The translations under genes and the position numbers were made by a program. This document shows, in pieces, positions 63,531 through 64,000 of a stretch of DNA of 64,000 nt; within the stretch, counting starts at the first letter, position 1, and each line of letters starts with the position of its first letter. The DNA is from Dicyema japonicum (lineage: Eukaryota > Animalia > Dicyemida): positions 557,482 to 621,481 of the forward strand of contig RDEW01000019.1 of NCBI GenBank assembly GCA_011109175.1. Direction: 5' to 3'. Below the pieces are notes generated by a model. It ran no database searches. It was not told the origin of the DNA and worked only from the letters and a program-made list of their open reading frames with translations.

Positions 63531-64000
63531 GGGAGCGCTCGAGTTTTATTTTTTTAATTATTATAAATATTTTCATTGAGTTTTTATCACGTGCTTGCTT
63601 TTCAAATTAATTATACTTTTCTTGTGTGTACTTTGATCACGGGCTTTTCTAATTAATTATACTTTTTTGCGTGTATTTTGACCAAAAAAAAAATAAATTA
63701 CAAATTGTGAATAGAGGAGATTTGAGACTAAGTCTGTCAACTGTGGAAGCTGACATAAAGGAATTGACAAATTCTCATCAAGCACAAGGCAGTCACTAAA
63801 ATTGTTTTTTATATAAAAAAAAAGTTTTATTGTGAATAAACTATTTAATTTTAAAAATAATTAATAATATTTGATAATATATAAATTTGGTCAGTTGGCA
63901 TTTAACTTTAATAATGGAATACAGTTTCGACGTACATTTTGAAAGAATGGCCAAATAAATCCGCAAATGAAAAAAATTGTATCAAAAAGAGGCGCTAACT

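Overview
AT-rich eukaryotic nuclear DNA, most likely from a compact-intron animal such as a myxozoan cnidarian or dicyemid. This is inferred from 19-30 nt GT-AG introns, a standard genetic code and animal-type transposons; the taxon cannot be fixed from sequence alone. Five intron-containing host genes were reconstructed by hand: mevalonate kinase (12.8-14.1 kb +), HSDL2-like SDR-SCP2 (25.1-26.5 kb -), sphingolipid delta-4 desaturase DEGS1 (41.7-42.8 kb -), a GRAM+VASt sterol-transfer protein (57.3-59.3 kb +) and an unidentified coiled-coil protein (61.4-62.4 kb -). There are two tRNA-Glu(CTC) copies, lying in a ~2.1 kb duplication that ends at an assembly N (17530). Most of the rest is decayed transposons: RTE, Jockey/I-group ('J') and CRE-type RLE LINEs, hAT and Tc1/mariner remnants, a SINE family sharing its 3' end with the J LINE, and an 87-bp MITE. 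The best novelty candidate is a four-copy ~230-260 bp unit ('unit B') ending in an Sm-like site plus hairpin, possibly an undescribed spliced-leader or snRNA-like gene family. All alignments and translations were done by eye, and coordinates of decayed elements are approximate.
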